From Microcoleus sp. (GTDB lineage Bacteria; Cyanobacteriota; Cyanobacteriia; Cyanobacteriales; Microcoleaceae): DNA of 64,000 nucleotides. A program made the translations under genes and the position numbers. The notes below the pieces were generated by a model that ran no database searches, had not been told where the DNA came from, and saw only the letters and a list, made by a program, of their open reading frames with translations. Below are positions 31,994 through 42,530 of this stretch, piece by piece. The stretch spans positions 32,001-96,000 of the forward strand of contig JAYFMW010000007.1 of assembly GCA_042408215.1 (NCBI GenBank). The letters are read 5' to 3'. Position 1 is the first letter of the stretch. Every line of letters begins with the position of its first letter.

Positions 31994-32403
31994 TTGATTG
32001 TAAAGGGAAGAAAACACGCCCTAGCCGATCGAACTTACAAGCTGAGGGGTGAAAGGTATCGGGGGAAATACCCTACTTGCAACTAAATTTGTTTCCTCTT
32101 TCAAATTTAGCAACTAGACCAAATCCCCCAAAACATAAAATTTAGAATTGAATAAAGCACTAACCGCCCTTAGATTGAATCTAGGGGCGGTTTTGCTGGG
32201 GATCAACCCGTTGTGTTTGATAAAATCAGAGGTGTTTCTGACCGGATATATTGTCTGTCATGCTGAAAGAAATGTAATGTAGTGAAGTATCTCTGAGATT
32301 CTTCGCGACCCTCAGAATGACAGCATTGCATTCAGAATGACAGCATTGCATTCAGAATGACAGCATTGCATTTTAACTGCAAACATCGCAGAGTGAAATT
32401 AAG

Positions 32404-35058
32404 ATGACAAGCAGCACCAGTATTTTGACTTATTTAGGCCCTCAAGAAATAGAGGCTAATCGAGCCACTGTCTTAGTTGGCAGTTTTGACAAAAATCAAG
32501 TCGCGGCCCTGAATGGGACGGCGAGCAATGGAACAGCCCTGAATGTGGCGATAAATCCCTCTACAGGCATTTGGAACATCAGTTTAAACAAAGGATTCGA
32601 GCAAGTAGGAACGAGCAGAGTAAAGGTAAAGGCAACTGACAAAACGGGCAAAGTTATCGGCGAAAAAACAATTAACATCAAAGTTAATCCTGCTGCTAAT
32701 TCATCGGCTCCATTCACCTTAATTACTCTCGAAGCTACCAAATTTAAAGTAAAAAACGTACCGGAAAAAAATCTCAATCCGCAGCAAAAAGCGGAAGTAC
32801 CAGCAGGTAAAACTTATCTTGTTACCGACTACGAATTGGCAGACGGTCACTTAAGTGTAGAACTAAATAATCCAATTTATCCGGTGGGAAAAACTGGTGT
32901 TTTTTACGAAAAACACGTACTGCTAACGAAAGGTGCAAAAATTCTCAGATTCGATCCCAGCGACTTGCCCACACCGCCACCGGGAATGCAGTTATTGTGG
33001 GTGAACCAAAAGACCAAGTTGAAGCTCAATCCCTCTGATTCTGCTACTTTAGCGCCGAATCAGAAAGTAGAATTGAGCCAGGGAGAAACTTTCAATATTC
33101 TCGGCTATGCTTGTGTGGAAAATCATTTTCGTGTCACCTTCGATCGGGCAGTTGCTAACTTAGGAAAATCAGGATTTCTTTACTCGCTGCACGTTCAAAT
33201 TTTGCAAAATGGGAGGGAAATTCCGTTTGACAGAAATGCAGTTACAATGACTGTTCTCAAAACTACTGCGTTTAAAAAGCGACCGGTGGATGCGGCAAAT
33301 ATGCAACCGCAAGAAAAAATTACTTTGTCTGCGGGAATGATTTATGGAGTTACCGGATTCTCGATCGAACAAGGTCACATTAAAGTTTCGCTGACCGAAA
33401 ATTTACCTCCCTTTGGTAATACGGGTTTTATTTATCCCGATTTTGTACAGTTTAGCCGCGCTGGTAAATCTTTCAATCCTGCACCGAATTTAACTTATCA
33501 AGGGCCGACAGAGGTTTTGGTGAATCAGGCGATTTCCCTGACAGGTACTTTTGACAAGCAAGAAGCGGTAAAAGTTGACTTAATAGCCGAGGATAAGTTG
33601 CCGCTAAAGGTAACACTAAACCAAACTGCGGGCACTTGGCAAGTAAATTTAGCAACAGGATTTAGCGTGCCTGGATCTCGGTGGTTGCGGCTGCGGGCCA
33701 CTGATAGCAAAGGGAATGTTACTGGTAGCCAAATCATTTATATTACGGTAATTTCTGACCCGCAGACTGTCGGAAAGTCTCTCAGCTTAAAAATACTTTC
33801 TGCTACTTTCTTTAAGGTAGATTCCGTTGATTCTTCCCGGCTGAATAGCCAGCAAAAAGTTCTGGTGACAGCGGGCCAAACTTGGGCGGTTAGCAAGTAC
33901 GGATTTATTGACGGCCATCTCAAGGTGGTTTTGGATGCGGCAATTTCGCCCATCGGCACTTTTGGCTATTTTTACGAACCCGACGTTCAGTTGACCAAAG
34001 GTACGAAAATTCTGAGATTTGACCTAGCCGACGTGCCGAATACAAACGTCAGTGCTCAACTTTTAGTAACTCAAACAACTCAGATTAAAGGCAAACCTCA
34101 AGATTCATCTCAACTCCCTGCAAATCAGGTTGCTGACCTAATTTTAGGCGGCACCTATGCTATCACTGGCTATGCTTGCGTTCTCGGTCATTTTCGGGTA
34201 ACTCTCGCTGCATCTATTCCCGGTTTTGGTAATGTCGGATTTATTTATTGGCGGCACGTTCAAATTAAAAAACAAGGCAAAGAAGTTGTCTTCGACCCGG
34301 ATGCTTTGACAATGATTATCCTGCAACCAACTGTGTTGAAAAAGCGACCAGTTGACAGCGATAAATTGAGTGCTACAGAAAGGACGACGCTGCCTTTAGG
34401 CAGAATTTACGGCGTGGAAAGCTACGGTTTGGAACAAAATCACCTGAAGATTTCTTTGACTGAAGAACTGCCTAATTTTGGCAATACAGGTTATGTTTTT
34501 CCTAATTCTGTTCAGTTCAAGCGGGGATATAAAATTTTCGATCCCGTTCCCAATAATGTGGAATTGAATGTGCCCTATTTTTCGCAGCGTGATAATCCCC
34601 GTTTTGACTGGTCTACTTGCAATGTAACTGCGATCGCGATGGTGCTTTATTACTATGGCGTGAGTTCTAAGTGGGGAGGACAGTTGGAGGATGAGTTATT
34701 GCAGTGGTGTTTTGACTTTGCCGGTCAGGGTTCCCAAACCGATCATAACGTACTGTCGGCACTGATTGAGGCCTACGGGTTTAAGACGAGTTTTAGTGCG
34801 ACTCGCCAATGGGCTGATGTGCGATCGGAATTACTGAATCGGCGGCCAGTAGTTTTAGCTGGAGATTTTACTGCTTCCGGTCATATTATCACCTTAATTG
34901 GCTACAATTCTCAGGGTTATATCGTGCAAGATCCTTGGGGAGATGCACTCACTGGTTACAGCGATACTGAGGGTAGAAAGTTACTTTATCCCTACGGCTA
35001 TATCAATCAAGTCGCCGGGCCAGATGGGAATGTTTGGGCGCATTTTATCTCCCGGTAA
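32404..35058 (+). CDS. C39-like cysteine peptidase with duplicated N-terminal repeat modules
   Basis: LNVPYFSQRDN, STCNVT, GHII, QDPWG; six T.FK..P.D...L...QK repeats in two blocks. Confidence 0.85.
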   Translation: MTSSTSILTYLGPQEIEANRATVLVGSFDKNQVAALNGTASNGTALNVAINPSTGIWNISLNKGFEQVGTSRVKVKATDKTGKVIGEKTINIKVNPAANSSAPFTLITLEATKFKVKNVPEKNLNPQQKAEVPAGKTYLVTDYELADGHLSVELNNPIYPVGKTGVFYEKHVLLTKGAKILRFDPSDLPTPPPGMQLLWVNQKTKLKLNPSDSATLAPNQKVELSQGETFNILGYACVENHFRVTFDRAVANLGKSGFLYSLHVQILQNGREIPFDRNAVTMTVLKTTAFKKRPVDAANMQPQEKITLSAGMIYGVTGFSIEQGHIKVSLTENLPPFGNTGFIYPDFVQFSRAGKSFNPAPNLTYQGPTEVLVNQAISLTGTFDKQEAVKVDLIAEDKLPLKVTLNQTAGTWQVNLATGFSVPGSRWLRLRATDSKGNVTGSQIIYITVISDPQTVGKSLSLKILSATFFKVDSVDSSRLNSQQKVLVTAGQTWAVSKYGFIDGHLKVVLDAAISPIGTFGYFYEPDVQLTKGTKILRFDLADVPNTNVSAQLLVTQTTQIKGKPQDSSQLPANQVADLILGGTYAITGYACVLGHFRVTLAASIPGFGNVGFIYWRHVQIKKQGKEVVFDPDALTMIILQPTVLKKRPVDSDKLSATERTTLPLGRIYGVESYGLEQNHLKISLTEELPNFGNTGYVFPNSVQFKRGYKIFDPVPNNVELNVPYFSQRDNPRFDWSTCNVTAIAMVLYYYGVSSKWGGQLEDELLQWCFDFAGQGSQTDHNVLSALIEAYGFKTSFSATRQWADVRSELLNRRPVVLAGDFTASGHIITLIGYNSQGYIVQDPWGDALTGYSDTEGRKLLYPYGYINQVAGPDGNVWAHFISR

Positions 35059-35073
35059 TTTACCAGTATTATC

Positions 35074-35980
35074 GATCCCCCCTAACCCCCCTTAATAAGG
35101 GGGGAAAAGAGCGTTCAAAGTCCCCTAAAAAAGGGGTGGAAAAGAGCGTTCAAACTCCCCTAAAAAAGGGGTGGAAAAGAGCGTTCAAAGTCCCCTAAAA
35201 AAGGGGTGGAAAAGAGCGTTCAAAGTCCCCTAAAAAAGGGGGTGAAAAAGAGCGTTCAAAGTCCCCTAAAAAAGGGGGTGGAAAAGAGCGTTCAAAGTCC
35301 CCTAAAAAAGGGGGAAGAGCGTTTTAAGTCTCCTTAATAAGGGGGAAGAGCGTTTGGGGAGATGCACTCACTGGTTACAGCGATACTGAGGGTAGAAAGT
35401 TACTTTATCCCTACGGCTATATCAATCAAGTCGCCGGGCCAGATGGGAATGTTTGGGCGCATTTTATCTCCCGGTAATTTACCAGTATTATCGATCCCCC
35501 CTAACCCCCCTTAATAAGGGGGGAAAAGAGCGTTCAAAGTCCCCTTAATAAGGGGGAATAGCGTTCAAAGTCCCCTTAATAAGGGGGAATAGCGTTCAAA
35601 GTCCCCTTAATAAGGGGTGGAAAAGAGCGTTAAAAGTCCCCTAAAAAAGGGGTGGAAAAGAGCGTTAAAAGTCCCCTAAAAAAGGGGGTGGAAAAGAGCG
35701 TTAAAAGTCCCCTAAAAAAGGGGTGGAAAAGAGCGTTAAAAGTCCCCTAAAAAAGGGGGTGGAAAAGAGCGTTAAAAGTCCCCTAAAAAAGGGGGTGGAA
35801 AAGAGCGTTAAAAGTCCCCTAAAAAAGGGGTGAAAAATAGCGTTAAAAGTCCCCTAAAAAAGGGGTAAAAAATAGCGTTAAAAGTCCCATTTTTTAGGGT
35901 GGAAAAGAGCGTTAAAAGTCCCCTAAAAAAGGGGGGACAAGAGCGTTTTAAGTCTCATAAAAAAGGGGATTTAGGGGGAT
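35074..35980. repeat. About 35-bp hairpin tandem array containing a duplicated gene 3' end
   Basis: Unit AAAGTCCCCTAAAAAAGGGGTGGAAAAGAGCGTT, about 20 copies; 34935-35125 repeated at 35354-35544. Confidence 0.88.
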
Positions 35981-36024
35981 AGAGACTCGACTACAAACGA
36001 GAGTACCAGTGGAAACTTTTAATT

Positions 36025-36930
36025 TCAGCTAATCTGGCGCTTCATTTTGCGTTTCGCCGCACCAATACCTAAAATACTAAATCCTGCCAAAGTACCCAGC
36101 CAAGTAGAAGGTTCGGGTACGGCTTCAGAAGACTCTTTTTCAAAGGAGCTTTTAATGGCGATCGCATCATTAGCGCATTCCGCAAAAAAGTTAGCAATAT
36201 AGCTCCCAGAAGGCATGGCAGATTTATCGAAACTGAATCCAATAGTTTGAGAACCTCTAGCATTAAACTGTGCAAAATTCAGGCCAAGAGCGCTCAAAGT
36301 TGCTGGTGTTAGAGAATTAATTTCTCCGACTTTTGTGCCGGTAGCAATTGAGTTGAGAACCGTCCATCTACCTGTTTGTGCAAAGTAGGGGTCATTGGCA
36401 GCTAAATCTCCCGTAGACGGCGTTCCACCTTGAGATTGAACGATGGCGTTATATTGAGCTAGATTCAGAAATCCAGAGTTAGTTTGGGTGACGTTTTTAG
36501 CAGTAACTTTGCTGTAAACGCCTGTTGTGGCTACGCTTGAGTCATTTCCTTCTGCAAAGCGGATACCAAATAAGCTACCGTTTGCGTTAGCTGTGTTGAA
36601 GTTTTGACCGGAAAAGTTGAAGAATAAATCGCCGTAGTTGATGTTGCCTCTTTGAGCTGCGGTTTCAGCAGATCCTGCTAAACTTAGATTGGAGTTGATC
36701 GCGATGAAAGCGGTATCCGATGTTTCTTTGACGGCGATGCCATAAAATTCAAATTCGCCGCCGCCGATTTGAGAGCCTGTCACGCTATCGTTGAAGGAAT
36801 CGATCGCATAATTCCAGCCGTTAGATAGGGTTGCTGCGGCAGCTTTTGGTTGGTGTACAGTGACAATTGCACAAACAACAGCAGCGGAGTAAATCCAGTA
36901 GATGGTGTTTTTGGGAAGTGAATTCATCAA
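36025..36930 (-). CDS. PEP-CTERM (exosortase-sorted) surface protein
   Basis: Signal-peptide-like N-terminus; VPEPS + TM + KRKMKR tail. Confidence 0.9.
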   Translation of the reverse strand: MMNSLPKNTIYWIYSAAVVCAIVTVHQPKAAAATLSNGWNYAIDSFNDSVTGSQIGGGEFEFYGIAVKETSDTAFIAINSNLSLAGSAETAAQRGNINYGDLFFNFSGQNFNTANANGSLFGIRFAEGNDSSVATTGVYSKVTAKNVTQTNSGFLNLAQYNAIVQSQGGTPSTGDLAANDPYFAQTGRWTVLNSIATGTKVGEINSLTPATLSALGLNFAQFNARGSQTIGFSFDKSAMPSGSYIANFFAECANDAIAIKSSFEKESSEAVPEPSTWLGTLAGFSILGIGAAKRKMKRQIS

Positions 36931-37094
36931 AGCCTCGCTGGGGTATAAGTATTGGGGAATCAGTATTAAAGTACAGTCCTGGACGCAAAAACTGCTTTGC
37001 TACACTATTGGTAGCGGTAAGGTGTGCTGTGCATCACCCTACAGATAGAGTTTATGCGTCCTGGACTAAAAGCATCAACTCTGAGCGATTAGTA

Positions 37095-37327
37095 ATATCA
37101 ATTCCGGTTGCACCGTCAGGTGATGTTGACTGTTGACTGTTGACTGTTGACTGTTGACTGTTGGCTGTTGGCTGTTGACTGTTGATGGTTTGAACAATAC
37201 CGATGCAACGGTCAACGATATTATATCGTTGACCGTTGCATCGGAATGATTTAACCGCAGAGAACACAGAGGACACAGAGGGAGAGAATAGAGATCTGAA
37301 TAATTCCGATGCTACTGGATTTGATAT
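37095..37327. mobile_element. MITE-like composite repeat with ATATCAAWTCCRGT ends and nested STRR
   Basis: Imperfect TIRs of about 20 bp; lies between 57-bp direct repeats at 37035-37091 and 37343-37399. Confidence 0.6.
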
Positions 37328-37542
37328 CAGGTGCTCCTAGCCCACCCTACAGATAGAGTTTATGTGTCCTGGACTAACAGGATCAACTCTGAGGGATTAA
37401 TCAACTGATTTTTGATTTCAAACAGATTAATTTGATGTTAAAAAAGTTGAGCTCATTTAAGTACAGGAACTAGGGCAATATAGCATCAGCCCCGGCGGAG
37501 ATGATATTAATGATTGCTAAAACCCTTAATAGTTAAGCATCT

Positions 37543-37577
<35 letters not shown>

Positions 37578-37857
37578 GGCTAGAGTTGTTCGGACAATTC
37601 CCTGGTCTGAATTGGGAAATCTAATTTTTTAGCAAGTGAATTTTCGCTCTTCTATTAGATCGCAAGCCTGTTTTAAAAAATGATTAGGTTGATTTTAAGT
37701 AAATCATAAATTGTGGCGACTTTTATTAAATTTTGGTAAAGATGTCGGCTCTGATTATTGCTTAAGTAAAATCAATTAACTGAAGCGGTGCAGCAATCCA
37801 GGGAATTTGAGAAATAACTTTTTGTAACTAGGAAGCAGTCCCAAGTTTTAAATTCTG

Positions 37858-38073
37858 TTAACCTATTGCTGACAGTTCGTTGACTATCTTGACTCGTCCT
37901 TTAATTACAGAGCGCAGCAAGCGGTTAAGAGAATTTATGTCTTCGTCTTCGAGAGACTCAGCTAAAATAGCTGCCATCAGACCGTAGCGATCGGCTAGAG
38001 TTAGAGTGCCTGTATCGGTGACTGAGGCAAGTATTTCTGAAATAGCGCCGGGGATAAGTTGAACTAAAAACAT
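37858..38073 (-). CDS. Small conserved cyanobacterial protein
   Basis: LIPGAISEIL...LTLADRYGLMAAIL...RLLRSV. Confidence 0.7.
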   Translation of the reverse strand: MFLVQLIPGAISEILASVTDTGTLTLADRYGLMAAILAESLEDEDINSLNRLLRSVIKGRVKIVNELSAIG

Positions 38074-38317
38074 GAGATTGCCCCTGAATTCTATACTTTC
38101 ATGATCTCTCGTTTTCCTCAACTTGATAGTGACGGTTGTACCGTAGAGAAGGTGATGTTTTGAGGCAAAGTGTGTGACAGCGATCGCTTTAGTTATGCGA
38201 TCGGGTGTGGGCTGACATGGCGATCGCATAACTAGATCATTTTCTGTAGACGATCGTCCCAAAATCTCAAGATTTCCAGAGGTTTTCTGACTTGGTGCGT
38301 GTCTTTACCCATTGGTG

Positions 38318-38411
38318 ATGTAAAAACCGCATGGTCACTATCCGAAAAATTCATAAAACTCAACATTTTGTAAAAATAGCTACGAATATCTACGGTTATG
38401 GGCTTTACATT
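38318..38411 (+). promoter_or_regulatory. Distal nir promoter: NtcB-type AT-N11-AT + NtcA site + -10 box
   Basis: ATGTAAAAACCGCAT 38318-38332; GTA-N8-TAC 38370-38383; 22-nt spacer; TACATT 38406-38411. Confidence 0.8.
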
Positions 38412-38569
38412 AATTCATAACTAAGGCGCATCGAAAGCCAGCGACCGAATCATCGGTAGCAACTATCACAAAAATAGTTTCGAGACTCGCGATCGCAACG
38501 CCCTGTAAAGCTTAACTGTAAAGCTTAACTGTCAAGCTCACCAACGATGCTTAGAAGAAATGCGATCGA

Positions 38570-38611
38570 GTAACTAAATATACAGTTTTAAATCAGTAAA
38601 CTCACTAAGGT
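38570..38611 (+). promoter_or_regulatory. Proximal NtcA class II promoter
   Basis: GTAACTAAATATAC 38570-38583; 22-nt spacer; TAAGGT 38606-38611. Confidence 0.7.
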
Positions 38612-38680
38612 TAGCAAAAAATCGCACTTTATGCCCCAAGTCAATAGATCCACGAACCAACCAGCAGCGAGGGTAAACTC

Positions 38681-40555
38681 GTGACCCAAACCATAGAACC
38701 CCAAGCCAGCCTCAACAAATTTGAAAGACTCAAAGCCGAAAAAGACGGTCTCGCCGTCAAAGCCGAACTAGAACAGTTTGCCCAAATCGGCTGGGAAGCA
38801 ATGGACGAGATCGATCGCGATCACCGCCTCAAATGGCTAGGGATCTTCTTTCGGCCAGTCACGCCCGGAAAATTCATGATGCGGCTGCGCCTCCCCAGTG
38901 GCATCATTACCAGCAATCAAACTAGAACCTTAGCAGAAATCGTACAACGCTACGGAGACGACGGCAGCGCCGACATTACCACTAGACAAAACCTGCAACT
39001 GCGCGGCATTCGCATCGAAGACTTAGCGGACATCTTCCGCCGCCTCAAAGAAGTTGACCTCACCAGCGTTCAGTCCGGCATGGACAATGTGAGAAATATT
39101 ACAGGTTCGCCAGTAGCAGGCTTAGACGCGGACGAACTGATCGATACGCGGGAACTGTCTTATCAAGTCCAAGACATGATTACCAACAAAGGTGAAGGTA
39201 ATCCCGCGTTTTCCAATTTGCCGAGAAAATTTAATATTGCGATCGCAGGCTGTCGCGACAACTCAGTCCACGCCGAAATCAACGACATCGCCTTCGTACC
39301 CGCTTATAAAGACGGCAACATTGGCTTCAACGTTTTAGTCGGAGGCTTCTTCTCCGCCAAACGCTGCGCCGCCGCAGTGCCCCTCAACGCCTGGGTAGAC
39401 AAGAGTGACGTTGTAGACCTGTGTGAAGCAATATTAATTGTGTATCGCGATCGCGGCCCTAGAGCAAACCGCCAAAAATCTCGCCTGATGTGGCTGATTG
39501 ACGAACTGGGAATTGAACTATTCCGAGCCTGCGTCGAACAGCAACTGGGTCGCACCTTGCTTCCGGCCGCGCCCAAAGATGAAATCATCTGGGACAAACG
39601 CGACCACATCGGCATCTACGCCCAAAAACAATCAGGATTGAATTATGTAGGGTTGCACGTTCCCGTCGGACGGCTTTCCGCAGCAGATTTATTCGACTTG
39701 GCGAGAATCGCCGACGTTTATGGCAGTGGGGAACTCAGACTCACCGTTGAAGAAAACGTGATTATCCCCAACGTTCCCGACTCGCGACTCGAATCGCTGG
39801 TCACAGAACCGCTGTTGGAGCGTTTTTCCATCGACCCCGCACCCCTAACACGAGCCTTGGTTTCCTGCACCGGTGCGAAGTTTTGCAATTTCGCCCTCAT
39901 CGAAACCAAAAGCCGCTCTGTGGCAATGATTAAGGAACTAGAGGCCCAATTGTCCATACCGAAACCAGTGAGAATTCACTGGACTGGTTGTCCCAACTCC
40001 TGCGCCCAACCCCAAGTAGCAGACATTGGTTTGATGGGGACAAAGGTTCGCAAGAATGGGAAAACTCTCGAAGGTGTTGACATCTATATGGGAGGTACTG
40101 TCGGCAAAGATGCTCATTTGGGTACTTGCGTCCAAAAAAGTATTCCCTGTGAAGACCTGAAACCAGTGCTGCGTCAACTGTTAGTCGATAACTTTGGGGC
40201 TGTTCCCAAAACATCCGGGGATATAGGTTCGCTCAACCGACAACTGCTATTGACTGTTGACGACAGTGAAACGATTCTTCCGGCTGCGAAACCTCAGACA
40301 TCTACTGTCATTTTCGCTCGATCGGGCAAAGAAGTTGCTTGCAGCGAAGATGAATTTATCCTCGATGTTGCCGATCGCGCTGGGATTGAACTTGACAGCA
40401 ATTGCCGATCGGGAAGCTGTGGCACTTGCAAGCAAAAACTTGTAGAAGGCAATGTTGCCTACGATGGGGAACTTGACGCACTCAAGGACATAGAATCAGG
40501 GTTCATTTTAGCTTGCAGCGCGCGGGCGATCGGCCAAGTGTCGATCGACGCCTAA
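38681..40555 (+). CDS. nirA: Ferredoxin-nitrite reductase with C-terminal 2Fe-2S ferredoxin domain
   Basis: DITTRQNLQ, LPRKFN, CTGAKFC, GCPNSC; tail CRSGSCGTC...ILAC. Confidence 0.96.
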   Translation: MTQTIEPQASLNKFERLKAEKDGLAVKAELEQFAQIGWEAMDEIDRDHRLKWLGIFFRPVTPGKFMMRLRLPSGIITSNQTRTLAEIVQRYGDDGSADITTRQNLQLRGIRIEDLADIFRRLKEVDLTSVQSGMDNVRNITGSPVAGLDADELIDTRELSYQVQDMITNKGEGNPAFSNLPRKFNIAIAGCRDNSVHAEINDIAFVPAYKDGNIGFNVLVGGFFSAKRCAAAVPLNAWVDKSDVVDLCEAILIVYRDRGPRANRQKSRLMWLIDELGIELFRACVEQQLGRTLLPAAPKDEIIWDKRDHIGIYAQKQSGLNYVGLHVPVGRLSAADLFDLARIADVYGSGELRLTVEENVIIPNVPDSRLESLVTEPLLERFSIDPAPLTRALVSCTGAKFCNFALIETKSRSVAMIKELEAQLSIPKPVRIHWTGCPNSCAQPQVADIGLMGTKVRKNGKTLEGVDIYMGGTVGKDAHLGTCVQKSIPCEDLKPVLRQLLVDNFGAVPKTSGDIGSLNRQLLLTVDDSETILPAAKPQTSTVIFARSGKEVACSEDEFILDVADRAGIELDSNCRSGSCGTCKQKLVEGNVAYDGELDALKDIESGFILACSARAIGQVSIDA

Positions 40556-40694
40556 TCACACAATGTGAGATGCGATCGGGACAAACAAAATCGTGTCATT
40601 TTACAGTCAACGGTCAACAGTCAACCATTCCGGTGCAACCGGAATTGAGATCGCATCTCACATAATCTCACAATCCACCAACAATTCAAGACCA

Positions 40695-42017
40695 ATGAGC
40701 AACCTTTCCCGCAGAAAATTCATCATCGCCGCCGGAGCAACAGCAGCCGGCACCCTCCTCGCCCACGGTTGCAGTTCCGGTTCCACCACATCTAGCGCAA
40801 CTCCCAGCGGCGCATCGCCCAGCGCCACCCCAGCCGTCAACATCAACCCCGCCGACGCCCCCGAAGTTACCAAAGCCACACTCGGATTCATCGCCCTCAC
40901 TGATTCAGCGCCCTTAATTATTGCCCAAGAAAAAGGGCTGTTTGCCAAGTACGGCATGAAAGACGTACAAGTTACCAAACAAGCATCTTGGCCAGTTACT
41001 CGCGACAACTTAGAACTCGGTTCCGACAAAGGTGGCATTGACGGAGCCCACATTTTATCCCCCATGCCTTACCAAATGACATTAGGCACTATTACCAAAG
41101 GTAATCAGCCAGTGCCGATGAACATTGTGGCGCGGTTAAATACTAATGGTCAGGCAATTTCCCTCAGCAAAAAATACCTAGATTTAAAAATAGGTACTGA
41201 CAGCAAACCTTTTAAAACAGCCCTCGCCAATGAGAAAGTTCCTATTGCTATGACCTTTCCCGGAGGCACCCACGATTTGTGGATACGGTATTGGCTAGCA
41301 GCCGGCGGCATCAATCCAGATACAGATGTTTCCATCATTCCCATACCGCCGCCCCAAATGGTAGCTAACATGAAATCCGGCAGTATGGAAGCTTTTTGCG
41401 TAGGCGAACCTTGGAATGCTCAGTTAGTTACTCAAAAGGTCGGATACACTGCCTTAGTAACAGGAGAACTGTGGAAAGACCATCCTGAAAAAAGTTTAGC
41501 TTTAAGAGCAGATTGGGTGACAAAAAATCCTAAAGCTACTAAAGCAATTACAATGGCTGTCCTGGAAGCCCAGCAGTGGTGCGACAAGCCAGAAAATCAG
41601 GATGAGATGTGCAAAATCATCTCTCAAGATAAGTGGTTGAAAGTGCCAGTTGCAGACATTATTGGTCGCTCTAAGGGTCAAATTGACTACGGTACCGGTC
41701 GCGTTGAACCCGCCAGTACCGTAGCGATGAAATTCTGGGCTGACAATGCTTCCTATCCCTACAAGAGCCATGATGCTTGGTTCATCACAGAAAATATTCG
41801 CTGGGGTTATATACCGGCAACTACCGACATCAAAGCCACGGTTGACAAAGTTAACCGCGAGGATATTTGGAAAGCAGCAGCGACAGCACTTGGTGTGCCC
41901 GCTGCTCAAATTCCGGCTACCACTTCTCGCGGTGTGGAAACCTTCTTTGATGGTGTGAAGTTTGACCCAGATAAACCAGAAGAATATCTGAAGAGTCTGG
42001 CAATCAAGAAGGCATAA
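40695..42017 (+). CDS. nrtA: Nitrate/nitrite ABC transporter substrate-binding lipoprotein
   Basis: SRRKFI, lipobox AHGC, GFIALTDSAP, CVGEPW, DHPEK; operon context. Confidence 0.93.
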   Translation: MSNLSRRKFIIAAGATAAGTLLAHGCSSGSTTSSATPSGASPSATPAVNINPADAPEVTKATLGFIALTDSAPLIIAQEKGLFAKYGMKDVQVTKQASWPVTRDNLELGSDKGGIDGAHILSPMPYQMTLGTITKGNQPVPMNIVARLNTNGQAISLSKKYLDLKIGTDSKPFKTALANEKVPIAMTFPGGTHDLWIRYWLAAGGINPDTDVSIIPIPPPQMVANMKSGSMEAFCVGEPWNAQLVTQKVGYTALVTGELWKDHPEKSLALRADWVTKNPKATKAITMAVLEAQQWCDKPENQDEMCKIISQDKWLKVPVADIIGRSKGQIDYGTGRVEPASTVAMKFWADNASYPYKSHDAWFITENIRWGYIPATTDIKATVDKVNREDIWKAAATALGVPAAQIPATTSRGVETFFDGVKFDPDKPEEYLKSLAIKKA

Positions 42018-42172
42018 TTAGTGAATAGTTGACTGTTGACTGTTGACTGTTCACTGTTGACTGTTGATTGTTGACTGTTGATTTTTGACTGTTGATTTTT
42101 GACCAATTCTTAAGTTGAGTGGAGTTGGGGTTTCGTAACGAACTTATTACAAAAAGACCCACCCCAGCCTAC

Positions 42173-42458
42173 CAGGGCTGTTTCATTCTCAGGAAAACCA
42201 GAGTTTTGTAGGGGTCGTGCCCCCGTGCCTCCCCCCCCACGAGGGCAATGGTTTGACACTTCGGCTACGCGAGCGTGCGATGGTAGGCGCGTGCGTAGTC
42301 GAACCACGCTTCGCGGCGGTAGGCGCGTGCGTAGTCGAACCATTCCTGAGCGTAGTCGAAGGGCACCAACCGCCGCGGGGGGATTGCCCCTACAGGCATT
42401 TCAGGGATCGGGGCTTTTCTAGGGGAGATTGACCCCTACAAAGAATGAAACAGCCCCA
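42173..42458. mobile_element. ISAs1-like MITE with nested REP-type repeats
   Basis: Perfect 15-bp TIR GGGCTGTTTCATTCT/AGAATGAAACAGCCC; CCCAGCCTAC repeated on both flanks. Confidence 0.7.
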
Positions 42459-42530
42459 ACCCAGCCTACAGGGTTCTCACTTCAAACTATTTACAAATAA
42501 TCGATTATTCACTATACTGCAAGCAGAAAA

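Noticed and set aside
35354..35477. DGR template repeat for the peptidase C-terminus
   Set aside because: The copy is identical with no adenine-specific differences, and no reverse transcriptase is in the window.
35090..35965. CRISPR array (about 35-bp palindromic repeats)
   Set aside because: Repeats abut directly without spacers.
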